From an uncultured Trueperaceae bacterium (GTDB taxonomy: Bacteria > Deinococcota > Deinococci > Deinococcales > Trueperaceae), in assembly GCA_963727505.1 (NCBI GenBank), contig CAVSGP010000010.1, positions 38,583 through 102,582 of the forward strand: a DNA stretch of 64,000 nt, given 5' to 3'. This document shows, piece after piece, positions 1-12,029 of the stretch (its first letter is position 1; every line of letters begins with the position of its first letter). The translations under genes and the position numbers were made by a program. The notes under the pieces are model-generated. The model was given only the letters and a program-made list of their open reading frames with translations, made no database searches and was not told where the DNA came from.

Positions 1-205
1 GGATCAGCTCGTCGCCACCGGAGAGCGGCATCACCAGGAACTTGCCGCGCCGCGTGACGGCGCGCAGCGTCTGGCCGACGGCACGGGGCAGGTCGCGATA
101 CTTGGGGCCCGGCGGCGCCAACCGTTCGGCAGCCAGGATGGTGCGGCCCTCCAGCCAGGGGGCCAGCTCGCGACGCACGGTCTCCACCTCGGGTAGCTCG
201 GGCAC
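1..205 (-). CDS. mutM: Formamidopyrimidine-DNA glycosylase (5' part; runs off window start)
   Basis: Not in the ORF track. Manual translation from GTG at 205 gives MPELPEVETVRRELAPWLEGRTI...RRGKFL; PELPEVE and RRGK are Fpg hallmarks. Confidence 0.93.
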   Translation of the reverse strand, partial: MPELPEVETVRRELAPWLEGRTILAAERLAPPGPKYRDLPRAVGQTLRAVTRRGKFLVMPLSGGDELI

Positions 206-235
206 GGTTGCATTTCGCTCGCGTGAACGGCGCGC

Positions 236-937
236 TCAGGCCGGGCGCGGGTAGGTGATCGCTCCCTCGTACAGGGCGCGGCCCACGATGGCGCCGTCCA
301 GCCCGAGGCGCTGGTAGAGATCCAGGTCGATGTCGGCGCCTACGCCGCCGCCGGCCACCAGCCGGTGAGGGAAGGCGGCGCGCATGCGGGCCACCGGCTC
401 CTCATCGACGCCGCGCAGGGTGCCGTCGCGGCTGATGTCGGTGTAGATCAGGTGCCGCACGCCCTGGCCGGCCACCCGGCGAGCCAGCTCGGCGGCGTCG
501 ACGTCGGTGACCTCGGCCCAGCCGCGTACGGCCACCCGTCCCTCGCGGGCATCGATGGAGACCACCACCCGGTCGGGCCCGAACTCGGCCAGCAACGCGT
601 CGACCACCTCGGGCTCGTGGATGGCGACGGTGCCGAGCACCACCCGGTCGACGTGCTCGAGCCAGTCGGTGGCGGCCTCGACGCTGCGCACGCCCCCGCC
701 GATCTCCAGCCGCGCGCCTGCCTCCGCGGCCAGCGCGCGGATCAGTGCGCCGTTGTCGCTGCGCCCGAGCGCGGCGTCGAGGTCGACCACGTGGAGCCAG
801 GGCGCTCCCAGCCCGACCCAGTGCCGCGCCGCCTCCAAGGGTGAGTCGAAGTACACGGTCTCGCGCGCCGGATCGCCCTCGTAGAGCCGCACGGCCCGTC
901 CCTGTTGGATGTCCACTGCCGGGATCACGTCGAACAT
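236..937 (-). CDS. hisA: ProFAR isomerase (histidine biosynthesis)
   Basis: VIPAVDIQQGRAVRL, LHVVDLDAA, GGGVRS, YTDISRDGTL and GAIVGRALYEG motifs; 233 aa. Confidence 0.95.
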   Translation of the reverse strand: MFDVIPAVDIQQGRAVRLYEGDPARETVYFDSPLEAARHWVGLGAPWLHVVDLDAALGRSDNGALIRALAAEAGARLEIGGGVRSVEAATDWLEHVDRVVLGTVAIHEPEVVDALLAEFGPDRVVVSIDAREGRVAVRGWAEVTDVDAAELARRVAGQGVRHLIYTDISRDGTLRGVDEEPVARMRAAFPHRLVAGGGVGADIDLDLYQRLGLDGAIVGRALYEGAITYPRPA

Positions 938-946
938 GGCACCGCG

Positions 947-952
947 AGCATA
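947..952 (-). promoter_or_regulatory. -10 element TATGCT, near-leaderless hisA promoter
   Basis: TATGCT lies 9 nt upstream of the hisA ATG with no Shine-Dalgarno in between. Confidence 0.45.
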
Positions 953-1013
953 GCGCGTGTCGCCGCCGGTGCCGCAGCGCCACCGGACAGCCGGCGCGCG
1001 GGACGACGGTCCG

Positions 1014-1991
<978 letters not shown>

Positions 1992-2163
1992 GCCTCGCTC
2001 CCCGGACGCGCCGCCATCTTCGCTGGACTACCCCGAGCATAGCTGCCATGATAGTCGCGTCGCAGGCGGGGGACGATAAAACTTCACACGTTTCCGACGC
2101 CGTCCGTCCGCCTGCCCGGAGCCGTCCCGAGCGCGCGGCGCAGGGGCGCCGTCACCCCCCGCC

Positions 2164-2191
2164 TTGACAGGCTGCGACCGTCACCTATACT
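2164..2191 (+). promoter_or_regulatory. Sigma70-type promoter of yceD-rpmF-fab (TTGACA-16 nt-TATACT)
   Basis: Perfect -35 at 2164-2169 and TATACT at 2186-2191, 8 nt before ATG 2200. Confidence 0.8.
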
Positions 2192-2199
2192 TTTAAGGG

Positions 2200-2775
2200 A
2201 TGGTTTCTCGCCGGGACGCTCTGCTCAACCTGGCTCCCCTCCTCAACCGTGCCCCAGGATCCGCCGATGAGGTGGTGGGGACCGGTCTGCTGGAGCCCGA
2301 GCCGGCGCTGCTCGAGGCCGACGGTCTGGTCCTCGGCGGGCCGCTCGAGTGGGGGGTCACGGTCCGCAATGTGGGCGGCGACGACGACTTCATCGTCGAC
2401 GGCTGGGTGAGCGGTCACGCGGTTCAGGAGTGCCGCCGCTGCCTCACCAAGGTCGTGACCGGGGCGCGGGCGACGTTCGTGATGCCGATGCTCTACCTCG
2501 CTCGCGAGGCGGGCCTGCGGCTCGACGAGGTCTCCGAAGACGACGAGGAACGTCTCGTCTTCGGCCGGCCCGAGGTGGACTTCGCACCGATGCTGGCGCA
2601 GCTGTTCGCCATCGAGCTGCCGCTCACCGCGCTGTGTCGGGAGGACTGCAAGGGGTTGTCGCTCGACGGCGTCAACCTCAACGAACACCCTGAGCTCGAG
2701 GCGGAGGACCGCGTCCGGCGCGACGCCGCCTCCCCGTTCGAAGTCTTGAAGGACATCGACCTGACGTCGCAGTGA
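2200..2775 (+). CDS. yceD: YceD/DUF177 family protein
   Basis: ECRRCL and LCREDCKGL motifs; conserved position directly upstream of rpmF. Confidence 0.88.
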   Translation: MVSRRDALLNLAPLLNRAPGSADEVVGTGLLEPEPALLEADGLVLGGPLEWGVTVRNVGGDDDFIVDGWVSGHAVQECRRCLTKVVTGARATFVMPMLYLAREAGLRLDEVSEDDEERLVFGRPEVDFAPMLAQLFAIELPLTALCREDCKGLSLDGVNLNEHPELEAEDRVRRDAASPFEVLKDIDLTSQ

Positions 2776-2812
2776 GGCGGCGTCACGACCGACGAAGGAG
2801 TGAGTCTGCACC

Positions 2813-2998
2813 ATGGCCAAACACCCTGTTCCCAAGAAGCGCACGTCCGCCTCGAGGCGCGACCAGCGCCGCAGCCACCACGCGCTCACCGCGCCCAACC
2901 TGGTCGAGTGCCCCGAGTGCAAGGCCATGAAGCCGCAGCACGTGGTATGCCCGGAGTGCGGAAGCTATGCCGGTCGGCAAGTGGTCGAGGAGGCCTGA
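2813..2998 (+). CDS. rpmF: 50S ribosomal protein L32 (Zn-ribbon form)
   Basis: MAKHPVPKKRTS...CPEC...HVVCPECGSY; RBS GAAGGAG upstream. Confidence 0.97.
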   Translation: MAKHPVPKKRTSASRRDQRRSHHALTAPNLVECPECKAMKPQHVVCPECGSYAGRQVVEEA

Positions 2999-3099
2999 GG
3001 GCCTTCCGTACCAACTAACGGGTAGTTAGCGGATCGCGAGCCTCGCCCACCGGGCGCAGATGCCCCCGCGTGCGGCGACGGGGACGGAGTTCGGGTGGC

Positions 3100-4095
3100 G
3101 TGAATCAGAGCGGTAGCCAGCGTGCCGGTGTCACGGCGCTGGGCGCGTACGCGCCTGCGCGCATCCTGACCAACCAGGACCTCGAGGCGATGATGGACAC
3201 CTCGGACGAGTGGATCACCACCCGGACCGGGATCAAGCGTCGTCACATCGCCGCGGAGAACGAGTTCACCACCGACCTGGCCTTCAGCGCCGTCGAGGAC
3301 CTGCTGGCCCGCCACGGCGACGATGCCCTGGCCGGCGTGGACATGGTGATCGTGGCGACCAACACGCCCGACGCCCTGTTCCCGTCGACGGCGGCGATGG
3401 TACAGGACCGCTTCCGGCTCCGCGCCGGCGGCTTCGACATGCTGGCGGGTTGCCCCGGCTGGATCTACTCGCTGGGCATGGCCAAGTCGCTGGTGGAGTC
3501 GGGTCAGTGCCGGCGGGTGCTGGCGATCGGGGCCGAGGCGCTCACCAAGATCACCAACTGGGACGACCGCTCCACCGCCGTGCTGTTCGGCGACGGCGCC
3601 GGCGCGGTGGTGGTGGAGGCGGTCGACGAGCCCTACGGCCTGCGCTCGGTGGTGCTCGGCGCCGACGGCTCGGGCGCGCACCACCTGCACAAACGCTCGG
3701 TCGCCCACTCCCTGCCCAACGGCGACCCGCTCTCCGAGACGCTCTACATGAACGGCCGCGAGGTCTTCAAGTTCGCCGTCAGGGTGATGAACACCGCCAC
3801 CATCGAGGCGGTCGAGAAGGCCGGCCTGCACATCGACGACATCAGCCTGTTCGTGCCGCATCAGGCGAACCTGCGCATCATCGAGGCCGCCCGCGAGCGG
3901 CTGGGGCTGCCACGCGAGCGCGTGGTCGTGACGGTCGACGAGTACGGCAACAACTCCACGGCCAGCATCCCGCTGGCGCTGCACACCGCCCTCGACGACG
4001 GCCGCATCGAGCCCGGCGACAACCTGCTGCTGGTCAGCTTCGGCGCCGGCCTCACCTGGGCCGCCGCCGTCCTGACCTGGGGGGGCGGGGCGTGA
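3100..4095 (+). CDS. fabH: Beta-ketoacyl-ACP synthase III
   Basis: DTSDEWITTRTGI, AGCPG (catalytic Cys), VLFGDGAGA, PHQANLRI, GNNSTAS and FGAGLTW; start taken at GTG 3100. Confidence 0.96.
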   Translation: MNQSGSQRAGVTALGAYAPARILTNQDLEAMMDTSDEWITTRTGIKRRHIAAENEFTTDLAFSAVEDLLARHGDDALAGVDMVIVATNTPDALFPSTAAMVQDRFRLRAGGFDMLAGCPGWIYSLGMAKSLVESGQCRRVLAIGAEALTKITNWDDRSTAVLFGDGAGAVVVEAVDEPYGLRSVVLGADGSGAHHLHKRSVAHSLPNGDPLSETLYMNGREVFKFAVRVMNTATIEAVEKAGLHIDDISLFVPHQANLRIIEAARERLGLPRERVVVTVDEYGNNSTASIPLALHTALDDGRIEPGDNLLLVSFGAGLTWAAAVLTWGGGA

Positions 4096-5037
4096 GCGCG
4101 GCCCCGAGCCGCGGCGACGCCGGACTCGCCGTCGTCTTCCCCGGCCAGGGCTCGCAGGCGGTCGGCATGGCGAGGAGCTTCTACGACCACAGCGCCGCCG
4201 CCCGCAAGGTGCTGGACGAGGCCGAGGCGGCCCTCCCGGGCCTGCTGGAGCTGATGTGGGAGGGCCCGGCCGAGAGCGCTGCAGCTCACCGCCAACCAGC
4301 AGCCCGCGCTGGTCGCCGCCGGCGCCGCCGCCTTCGCCGCCTGGCGCGAGGCGGGCGGGCCCGAGCCGCGCTACGCCGCCGGGCACAGCCTGGGGGAGTA
4401 CACCGCGCACGTCGCCGCAGGCTCGCTCAGCGTGGCCGAAGCGGTCTAGCTGGTGCGCGCCCGCGGCACCTACATGCAGGAGGCGGTGCCCGAGGGTGAA
4501 GGCGCCATGGCGGCGGTCATGAAGCTCGACGCCGCCGCCATCCGCAACGCCTGCAAGCACGTCGACGGGGTGGCGGAGGTGGCCAACCTCAACGCCCCCG
4601 GACAGACCGTCATCTCCGGGGAGGCCGCCGCCGTGGCCGCCGCCGCCGAGCGCCTCAAGGCCGACGGCGGGCGGGTGGTGCCGCTCAAGGTGTCCGCCCC
4701 CTTCCACTGCAGCCTGATGCAGCCCGCGGCCGACCGGCTGGCGCAGGACCTGGGCCGCGTGCGCTTCAAGGAGCCGGCCTTCGGCATCGTCTGCAACGTC
4801 ACGGCCGACCTGCTGCCCGAGGCGGCGGAGGCGCCCGACCTGCTCACCCGGCAGGTCACCTCGCCGGTGCGGTGGGTGGAGTCGGTCAAGCACCTGCGCG
4901 CGCTGGGCGCGCGACGCTTCGTGGAGCTGGGCGCCGGCAAGGTGCTCACCGGACTGATCGTTCGCATCCTCGACGGCGTCGACGCCGTGAGCGTGCCCGA
5001 CATGGACGCGCTGCGCGCGGCGCTGGAGGCGGCGTGA
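4092..5037 (+). CDS. fabD: Malonyl-CoA:ACP transacylase (frameshift near 4275 and in-frame TAG at 4447-4449, probably sequencing errors)
   Basis: FPGQGSQ, QPAL, GHSLGEY, VSAPFHC and SPVRW are spread over two frames; GTG start overlaps the fabH stop. Confidence 0.92.
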
Positions 5038-5794
5038 GCGGCGAACGCCGGCGCAGACGGCGCGCAACGCGCTGGTCACGGGCTCGAGCCGCGGCCTGGG
5101 CCGCGCCATCGCGATCGAGCTGGGCCGTCGCGGCTACCGCGTGGCGGTGCACTACGTCCGCAGCGAGGCGCCGGCGCACGAGGTCGCCGACGCGATCCGC
5201 GCGGCCGGCGGGGTGGCCGAGGTGTTCGGCGCCGACGTCGCCGACCCGGCGGCCTGTCAGCAGCTGGTGAAGGACGTGACGAACAGCCTCGGCGGACTCG
5301 AGGTGCTGGTGAACAACGCCGGCATCACCCGCGACACGCTGGCGCTGCGCATGAAGCCCGACGACTGGCAGAGCGTGCTCGACACCAACCTGTCCGGCGC
5401 GTTCCACCTCTCCAAGGCCGCGCTGCGAGGCATGTTGCGCAGCGAGCACGGCCGCATCGTCAACATCGCCTCGATCGTGGGCATCCGCGGCAACGTCGGG
5501 CAGGCCAACTACGTCGCCGCCAAGGCGGGTCTGATCGGCCTCACCAAAGCGCTGGCGCGCGAGTACGGATCGCGCGGCGTGACCGTCAACGCCGTCGCGC
5601 CCGGCTTCATCGAGTCGGACATGACGGCCGCACTGACGGAAGAGCTCAGGCAGGCGTACCTGAAGGAGATCCCTGCAGGACGCTTCGGACGCCCCGAGGA
5701 CGTCGCCGCCGCGGTGGCGTTCCTCGCCAGCGAGGAGGCCGCCTACATCAACGGGCAGACGCTGCCGGTTGACGGTGGCATGGTCATGCCGTAA
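5034..5794 (+). CDS. fabG: 3-oxoacyl-ACP reductase (1-nt deletion near 5045)
   Basis: ALVTGSSRGLG, LVNNAGITRD, GQANYVAAK and VNAVAPGFI; adding one A gives MSGETPAQTARNALVTG from GTG 5034. Confidence 0.94.
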
Positions 5795-5992
5795 TGTTTT
5801 CGGGGCTCCGGACCGGTGTCGGCAGCTGCGCCTGAAGCGCGCGGCGCCGTACCCTCGGCCGGGAAAGCCGGATCGGACCGCGTGTCGGAGTGCCGGGAAC
5901 CGCCCCGCAACAGTCGCCGTGAAGCAGCCTCGACGACCGCCGAGAACGGCGGCGTGGCCGCACGGACCGATGAAGGAAGCGCGCAGGTGCCG

Positions 5993-6001
5993 TGCTAGAA
6001 T
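5993..6001 (+). promoter_or_regulatory. Extended -10 (TGcTAGAAT), internal promoter for acpP
   Basis: TGn-TAGAAT about 50 nt upstream of acpP within a roughly 260-nt intergenic gap. Confidence 0.5.
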
Positions 6002-6051
6002 CACCAGGATTCAGTCGCGGTAACCCACGCCTGCGTGAGGAGGAGCGAACG

Positions 6052-6291
6052 ATGGACGAGCAGGAGATTCTCGAGAAGATCAAGGAGGTCGTCGCCGACA
6101 AGCTGGATGCCGACCCCGGCGACGTGACCGAAAGCGCCTCCTTCGTGGACGACCTGGGCGCGGACTCGCTCGACGTAGTCGAGCTCGTCATGGGCCTCGA
6201 GGACGAGTTCGGCGTCGAGATCAGCGACGAGGAAGCGGAGAACATCCGCACCGTCGGCGACGCGGTCAAGTTCATCTCGGCCAAACAGTGA
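6052..6291 (+). CDS. acpP: Acyl carrier protein (fatty acid synthesis)
   Basis: [14 protein letters not shown] phosphopantetheine motif; acidic 79 aa; strong RBS AGGAGGAG. Confidence 0.97.
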   Translation: MDEQEILEKIKEVVADKLDADPGDVTESASFVDDLGADSLDVVELVMGLEDEFGVEISDEEAENIRTVGDAVKFISAKQ

Positions 6292-6299
6292 CCTAGCGC

Positions 6300-6330
6300 T
6301 CTTCCCGCCGGGAACGTCCCGGCGGGAAGA
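6300..6330 (+). terminator. 14-bp perfect hairpin after acpP (partial terminator or mRNA stabiliser)
   Basis: TCTTCCCGCCGGGA-acg-TCCCGGCGGGAAGA; no U-tract. Confidence 0.6.
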
Positions 6331-6417
6331 CGCCTGGCGTGGGGAACCAACCGCGCGCGTGATGCGCGCGGTATCGAACAGGCCGCTCGGGCGCGGTCCG
6401 GTATCGTGGTGGAACTT

Positions 6418-7647
<1,230 letters not shown>

Positions 7648-7658
7648 CGGAGCCCTCC

Positions 7659-8597
7659 CTGAGCCTCTACGTAGGCGTCGACGGCGGCGGCAGCAAGACC
7701 CGCGTGGTGGCCGTCGACGGCGGCGGTGTGGTGCGCCTCGACGCGCTGGCCGACGGGTGCGACCTGCCGGCGCGCGGCGAAGCGTTCGTGCGCCGGGTCC
7801 TCGCGGAGGTGCGCGGCCGGGTGGCGGAGGCGGCGGCCGCCGCAACCGCCGAGCCCGTGTTGGCCCTGGGGTTGCCCGCCTACGGCGAGACCCCCTCCTG
7901 GGACGAAGCGCTCGACCGCCTGGCGGCCGAAGCGTTCGCGCCCTGGCGCTACCGCACCTACAACGACGTCCGCCTCGCCCTCGAAGGGGCGCTCCCGGAT
8001 GGCGCGGGCGTGCTGGTGCTCTCCGGCACCGGATCGATGGCCTGGGGCAAGGACGGCGCCGGGCACGAAGCGCGCTGCGGGGGCTGGGGCACGCTGCTCG
8101 GCGACGAGGGGAGCGGTTTCGACCTGGGGGTGGGCGCCCTGCGGGCCGCCTGCCGGGCCGCCGACGGCCGCGGGCCCGGCACCCGGCTCGAGACCGACGT
8201 GCCCGCAGCGCTCGCCGTGCCCGACATGCACGCCGCGCTGGCGCTGCTGAGCGAGCTGCCTCAACCTCCGCGCGCCCGGGTCGCGTCGCTGGCGCGCGCC
8301 GTGGCGCGCGCGGCCGAGGACGGGGACGCCGTGGCCGTGGAGCTCGTCGTCGGGGCCGCGCGGGAGCTGGCCGATCTCGTCGACGCCCTGCGCGTGCGCC
8401 TGGGTCTCGGGGCGGCCGTTCCGGTGTCGACGGCGGGCGGGAGCTTCCGCAGCCCGGTGCTGGCGACGGCGTTCGCAGCCGCGCTGGCAGGGCGCGGTTA
8501 CGGCGCGCCGCGCCCGCCCCGGCATGCACCGGCCTTCGGCGGGGCCCTGCTGGCGGGGCTGCCGCCCGAGCGCCTGCAGCCTGCCGGGAGCAGCTGA
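7659..8597 (+). CDS. BadF/BadG/BcrA/BcrD-type ATPase, N-acetylglucosamine-kinase-like
   Basis: YVGVDGGGSKT lies in frame upstream of the tracked ORF; NDVRLAL, SGTGS and GGWGTLLGDEGSG follow. Apparent CTG start at 7659 behind GGAG. Confidence 0.85.
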   Translation: MSLYVGVDGGGSKTRVVAVDGGGVVRLDALADGCDLPARGEAFVRRVLAEVRGRVAEAAAAATAEPVLALGLPAYGETPSWDEALDRLAAEAFAPWRYRTYNDVRLALEGALPDGAGVLVLSGTGSMAWGKDGAGHEARCGGWGTLLGDEGSGFDLGVGALRAACRAADGRGPGTRLETDVPAALAVPDMHAALALLSELPQPPRARVASLARAVARAAEDGDAVAVELVVGAARELADLVDALRVRLGLGAAVPVSTAGGSFRSPVLATAFAAALAGRGYGAPRPPRHAPAFGGALLAGLPPERLQPAGSS

Positions 8598-8806
8598 GCC
8601 GGATCGAGGCGTCGCCCGCTGCGGGCGGCGGCACATGCGTCGATCCACTCCATCTCGACCTCGTTGTTGAGCGAACTCGTCGAAGTTGGGCGTTTGTCCG
8701 TTGATGGTTGCTCGAAACCGCTCCTATGATGGAAGGGCACATCAACCGAACCGGGGCTCCGCCCCGACCCTTGCACACCTGGACACGGAAGGATCAGGGG
8801 GTACGC

Positions 8807-10042
8807 ATGAAACGCCGCCATTCACTCGCAATGCTGCTCGGCCTGGCGCTCTCGATGGTGCTCGGCCTCGCCAGCGCGACCACGGTCACGGTAGAGATCC
8901 CGAAATACTCCGACGCCACCAAGCCCTTCTTCGAGGGCGCCGCCAAGGCCTTCATGCAGGATCACCCGGACATCAAGATCAACATCCAGGAGACCTCCTG
9001 GGACAACCTGCATCAGGTGCTGGTCACCGACATCGCCGCGAAGAAGGCGCCCGACATCTCCATCATCGGCACGCGCTGGCTTCCCGAGTACATCTCCTCG
9101 AACGTCGCGATGCCGCTCGACCTGCCGTCGTCGTTCACCGACCGCTTCATCCCGGCCTTCCTGACCCCGTCGTCGATCCAGGGGCAGCTCTACGGCCTGC
9201 CCTGGGCTGCGTCGGACCGGGCGCTGATCTACAACAAGGACCTGTTCAAGCAGGCCGGCATCACGGATCCGCCCAAGACCTGGGATGAACTCCAGGCCGA
9301 CGCCGCCAAGATCGCCAAGCTGCCCGGCCGCTACGGCTTCGGGCTGCAGGGCTCGCAGATCGAGACCGACGTCTACTACTACTACTTCCTGTGGGGCGCC
9401 GGCGGCGAGATCGTCGGAGCGGACGGCAACAGCGGGCTGCATTCGCAAGCCGCCAGCGAGGCGCTGACCTACCTCAAGGGCCTGGTCGACGCCAAGGTGG
9501 TCGAGCCGAACGTCACCAGCAACACGCGCGAGGACCTGCGCACGCTGTTCGGGCAGGGCCGCCTCGGCATGTTCATCTACCTGCCGCCCGTCATCGGCTG
9601 GCTCAAGGACAACGCCCCGAACGTCGACTACGGCATCGCGCCGCTGCCCTACAAGACCACGCCGGTCACCTACGCCGTCACCGACACGATCATGATGTAC
9701 AAGCCGTCGGTCACGGGCGCCTCGGACCAGCAGGTGAAGGACGCCCAGACCTTCCTGGAGTACATCTTCAGCAAGGACAACCGCGTCAACTACAACAAGC
9801 AGGAGGGCTTCCTGCCGGTGCTGCAGGACGTCGCGACGGACCCCTTCTTCACCAACAACGAGAAGCTGAACGCCTTCGTGCAGCTCCTCCCCGACGCCAA
9901 GTTCGCGCCGATCATCCCCAACTGGGAGAAGATCGCGCAGCGCACCACCACCATGCTGCAGAACGTCTACCTCGGCAAGGAGCAGCCGCAGCCCGCGCTC
10001 GACGCGGCCGCCTCGGACATCGACCAGGTCCTGAAGCAGTAG
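8807..10042 (+). CDS. Sugar ABC transporter substrate-binding protein (CUT1 type)
   Basis: Signal peptide MKRRHSLAMLLGLAL; LYGLPW, LIYNKDLFKQAGI and PPKTWDEL motifs. Confidence 0.92.
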   Translation: MKRRHSLAMLLGLALSMVLGLASATTVTVEIPKYSDATKPFFEGAAKAFMQDHPDIKINIQETSWDNLHQVLVTDIAAKKAPDISIIGTRWLPEYISSNVAMPLDLPSSFTDRFIPAFLTPSSIQGQLYGLPWAASDRALIYNKDLFKQAGITDPPKTWDELQADAAKIAKLPGRYGFGLQGSQIETDVYYYYFLWGAGGEIVGADGNSGLHSQAASEALTYLKGLVDAKVVEPNVTSNTREDLRTLFGQGRLGMFIYLPPVIGWLKDNAPNVDYGIAPLPYKTTPVTYAVTDTIMMYKPSVTGASDQQVKDAQTFLEYIFSKDNRVNYNKQEGFLPVLQDVATDPFFTNNEKLNAFVQLLPDAKFAPIIPNWEKIAQRTTTMLQNVYLGKEQPQPALDAAASDIDQVLKQ

Positions 10043-10074
10043 GCGCGCCAACGTCGTAGCCTGATCGCAAGTGC

Positions 10075-10112
10075 CGGTGTTCCCGGGGCGGAGACCCGCC
10101 CCGGGAACACCG
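10075..10112 (+). terminator. 17-bp perfect hairpin between the binding-protein and permease genes
   Basis: CGGTGTTCCCGGGGCGG-agac-CCGCCCCGGGAACACCG; usual position for a structure that stabilises the upstream mRNA. Confidence 0.65.
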
Positions 10113-10131
10113 AGTCAGGAGAGGACCCCCG

Positions 10132-11037
10132 TTGGCCGCGCGTCGCAGCAGGCCCACCGCCACCGCCTTCAACGAACAGGCGTTCGCATACCTGCTGCTT
10201 GCGCCGGCCTTCCTGCTCGCCATCGCGGTGGTGGGCTACCCCATCCTCAACACCGTCGTCACCGCCTTCTCCAAGACCAACGCGGTCGGGCAGCTCGCCG
10301 GGCCCGCGGGCTTCGCCAACTTCCGGCAGATCTTCAGCGACCCCATCTTCCTGCAGGCGCTGTGGCGCACGGCGCTGTGGACGCTGTGGGTGGTCGGGCT
10401 CACCACCATCGTGTCGATGCTGCTGGCCCTCATCCTCTACGAGGACCTGCGCGGCAAGCGGGTGTTCCAGCTCATCCTGCTGATCCCCTGGGCCACCTCG
10501 GTCACCATGACCACGATCGCCTGGATGTGGACCATCAACGGCCAGGTGGGGCTCATCAGCAACACCCTGCAGGTGTGGGGCTGGATCCCCGAGCCTCTGG
10601 GCTTCCTGGCGCGCGGCCCGTCGGCGCTGGTGGTCGCCATCGCCATCGGCATCGTGGTGTCGATCCCGTTCACCACGTCGGTGCTCGTCTCGGGGCTGCA
10701 CTCCATCCCCGAAGAGATCCTGGAGGCCGGGGTGCTCGACGGCGCCTTCGGCTGGGCGCGCTTCCGCTATCTGATCATGCCCATGCTCGGGCCCTTCCTG
10801 ACGATCACCCTGGTCATCAACCTGATCAACGTCTTCAACAGCTTCCCCATCATCTGGACGCTCACGCAGGGCGGCCCGGCGCACGGCACCGAGGTCGTCG
10901 TGACCTATCTGTACACGACCGCCTTCCGCTTCAACGAGTTCGGCCAGGCGGCGGCCATGTCGCTGATCACCTTCATCATCCTGCTGGCGCTGTCCATCGC
11001 CTTCTCGGTGCAGACCATGCGCACGAGGCTGTCGTGA
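10132..11037 (+). CDS. Sugar ABC transporter permease (MalF/UgpA-like)
   Basis: Multiple TM segments; EAA loop SIPEEILEAGVLDGA; LTQGGP. Confidence 0.92.
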   Translation: MAARRSRPTATAFNEQAFAYLLLAPAFLLAIAVVGYPILNTVVTAFSKTNAVGQLAGPAGFANFRQIFSDPIFLQALWRTALWTLWVVGLTTIVSMLLALILYEDLRGKRVFQLILLIPWATSVTMTTIAWMWTINGQVGLISNTLQVWGWIPEPLGFLARGPSALVVAIAIGIVVSIPFTTSVLVSGLHSIPEEILEAGVLDGAFGWARFRYLIMPMLGPFLTITLVINLINVFNSFPIIWTLTQGGPAHGTEVVVTYLYTTAFRFNEFGQAAAMSLITFIILLALSIAFSVQTMRTRLS

Positions 11038-11092
11038 GCGGCGCGCGGCACCGGCGAGCGTTCCGGGCCAGGCCGGCCGTGGGAGCGCTGCC

Positions 11093-11920
11093 GTGAGGAA
11101 CCCCATCGTCAAGGGCCTCGCCTACGCGTTCCTGACGGTCATCTCGATCGTCATCCTGCTGCCCTACCTGATCATGCTGATCACCTCGCTGAAGACCCGG
11201 CAGGAGGTCTTCGCGTTCCCGCCGCCCTGGATCCCCAAGAGCTTCTACATCGGCAACTTCATCGACCTGTTCACCAAGGTCGAGTTCGGCCACGCCATGC
11301 TCAACAGCATCATCGCCGTCGGCTCGGCCACCGTCCTGACGCTCCTGATCGCCACGCCGGCGGCGTACGCCATCGCGCGGCTGCGCTTCCGGGGCCGCAA
11401 CTGGGTGGTGTCGATCTTCCTGGTCACCCAGATGTTCAAGCCGGTGGTCATCATCGTGGGGATGTTCCAGGTGATGGTCTTCTACCATCTGCTCGACAAC
11501 CTGGTCTCCGTCATCCTGGCCTACGCCACGTTCAACCTGGCGTTCAGCATCTGGATGCTGTCGAGCTACTTCCAGACCATCCCACCCGCCATCGAGGAGG
11601 CCGCCTGGATCGACGGCGCGTCGCGCTGGACGGCCATCCGCACCATCTTCGTGCCCATGGCGAGGCCGGGGATGGTGGTCGCCTTCCTGTTCTCCTTCGT
11701 GGCCGGCTGGAACGACCTGGTGCTGGCGCTGAGCTTCCTGCGCTCGTCGGGCAACTACACCGCGACGCTCGACATCTTCAGCCTGGTCAGCGGCCAGTAC
11801 GTGGTGGAGTGGCAGCTCGTCATGGCCGCGGTGCTGATGGCGACCGTGCCGGTGGTCATCATGTTCGGCTTCGTGCAGCGCTACTTCGTGGAGGGGTTCA
11901 CGGCCGGCGCGGTGCGCTGA
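11093..11920 (+). CDS. Sugar ABC transporter permease (MalG/UgpE-like)
   Basis: AAYAIAR, IPPAIEEAAWIDGAS and QRYFVEGFTAGAVR. Confidence 0.92.
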   Translation: MRNPIVKGLAYAFLTVISIVILLPYLIMLITSLKTRQEVFAFPPPWIPKSFYIGNFIDLFTKVEFGHAMLNSIIAVGSATVLTLLIATPAAYAIARLRFRGRNWVVSIFLVTQMFKPVVIIVGMFQVMVFYHLLDNLVSVILAYATFNLAFSIWMLSSYFQTIPPAIEEAAWIDGASRWTAIRTIFVPMARPGMVVAFLFSFVAGWNDLVLALSFLRSSGNYTATLDIFSLVSGQYVVEWQLVMAAVLMATVPVVIMFGFVQRYFVEGFTAGAVR

Positions 11921-12029
11921 GACGAGCCTCCCGCTTCGGGCTCCGTAGCGCGATCCCGGACCCGCCGATAACGCTCCAGTAACGCCGTATTGCCTAGCCT
12001 CCTTCCGTAAGGAAGGAAAGGAGAGGCCC

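Noticed and set aside
4447..4449. In-frame TAG in fabD as stop-codon recoding or pyrrolysine
   Set aside because: TAG serves as a normal stop for fabF, the binding protein and others, and the same gene also has a frameshift. A sequencing error is simpler.
4092..5794. fabD and fabG as true pseudogenes or programmed frameshifts
   Set aside because: These are normally essential genes with all motifs intact, and single-base lesions of the same kind occur throughout the window.
8807..11920. ABC transporter lacking an ATPase as a defective system
   Set aside because: CUT1 systems commonly share an unlinked MsmX/MalK-type ATPase.
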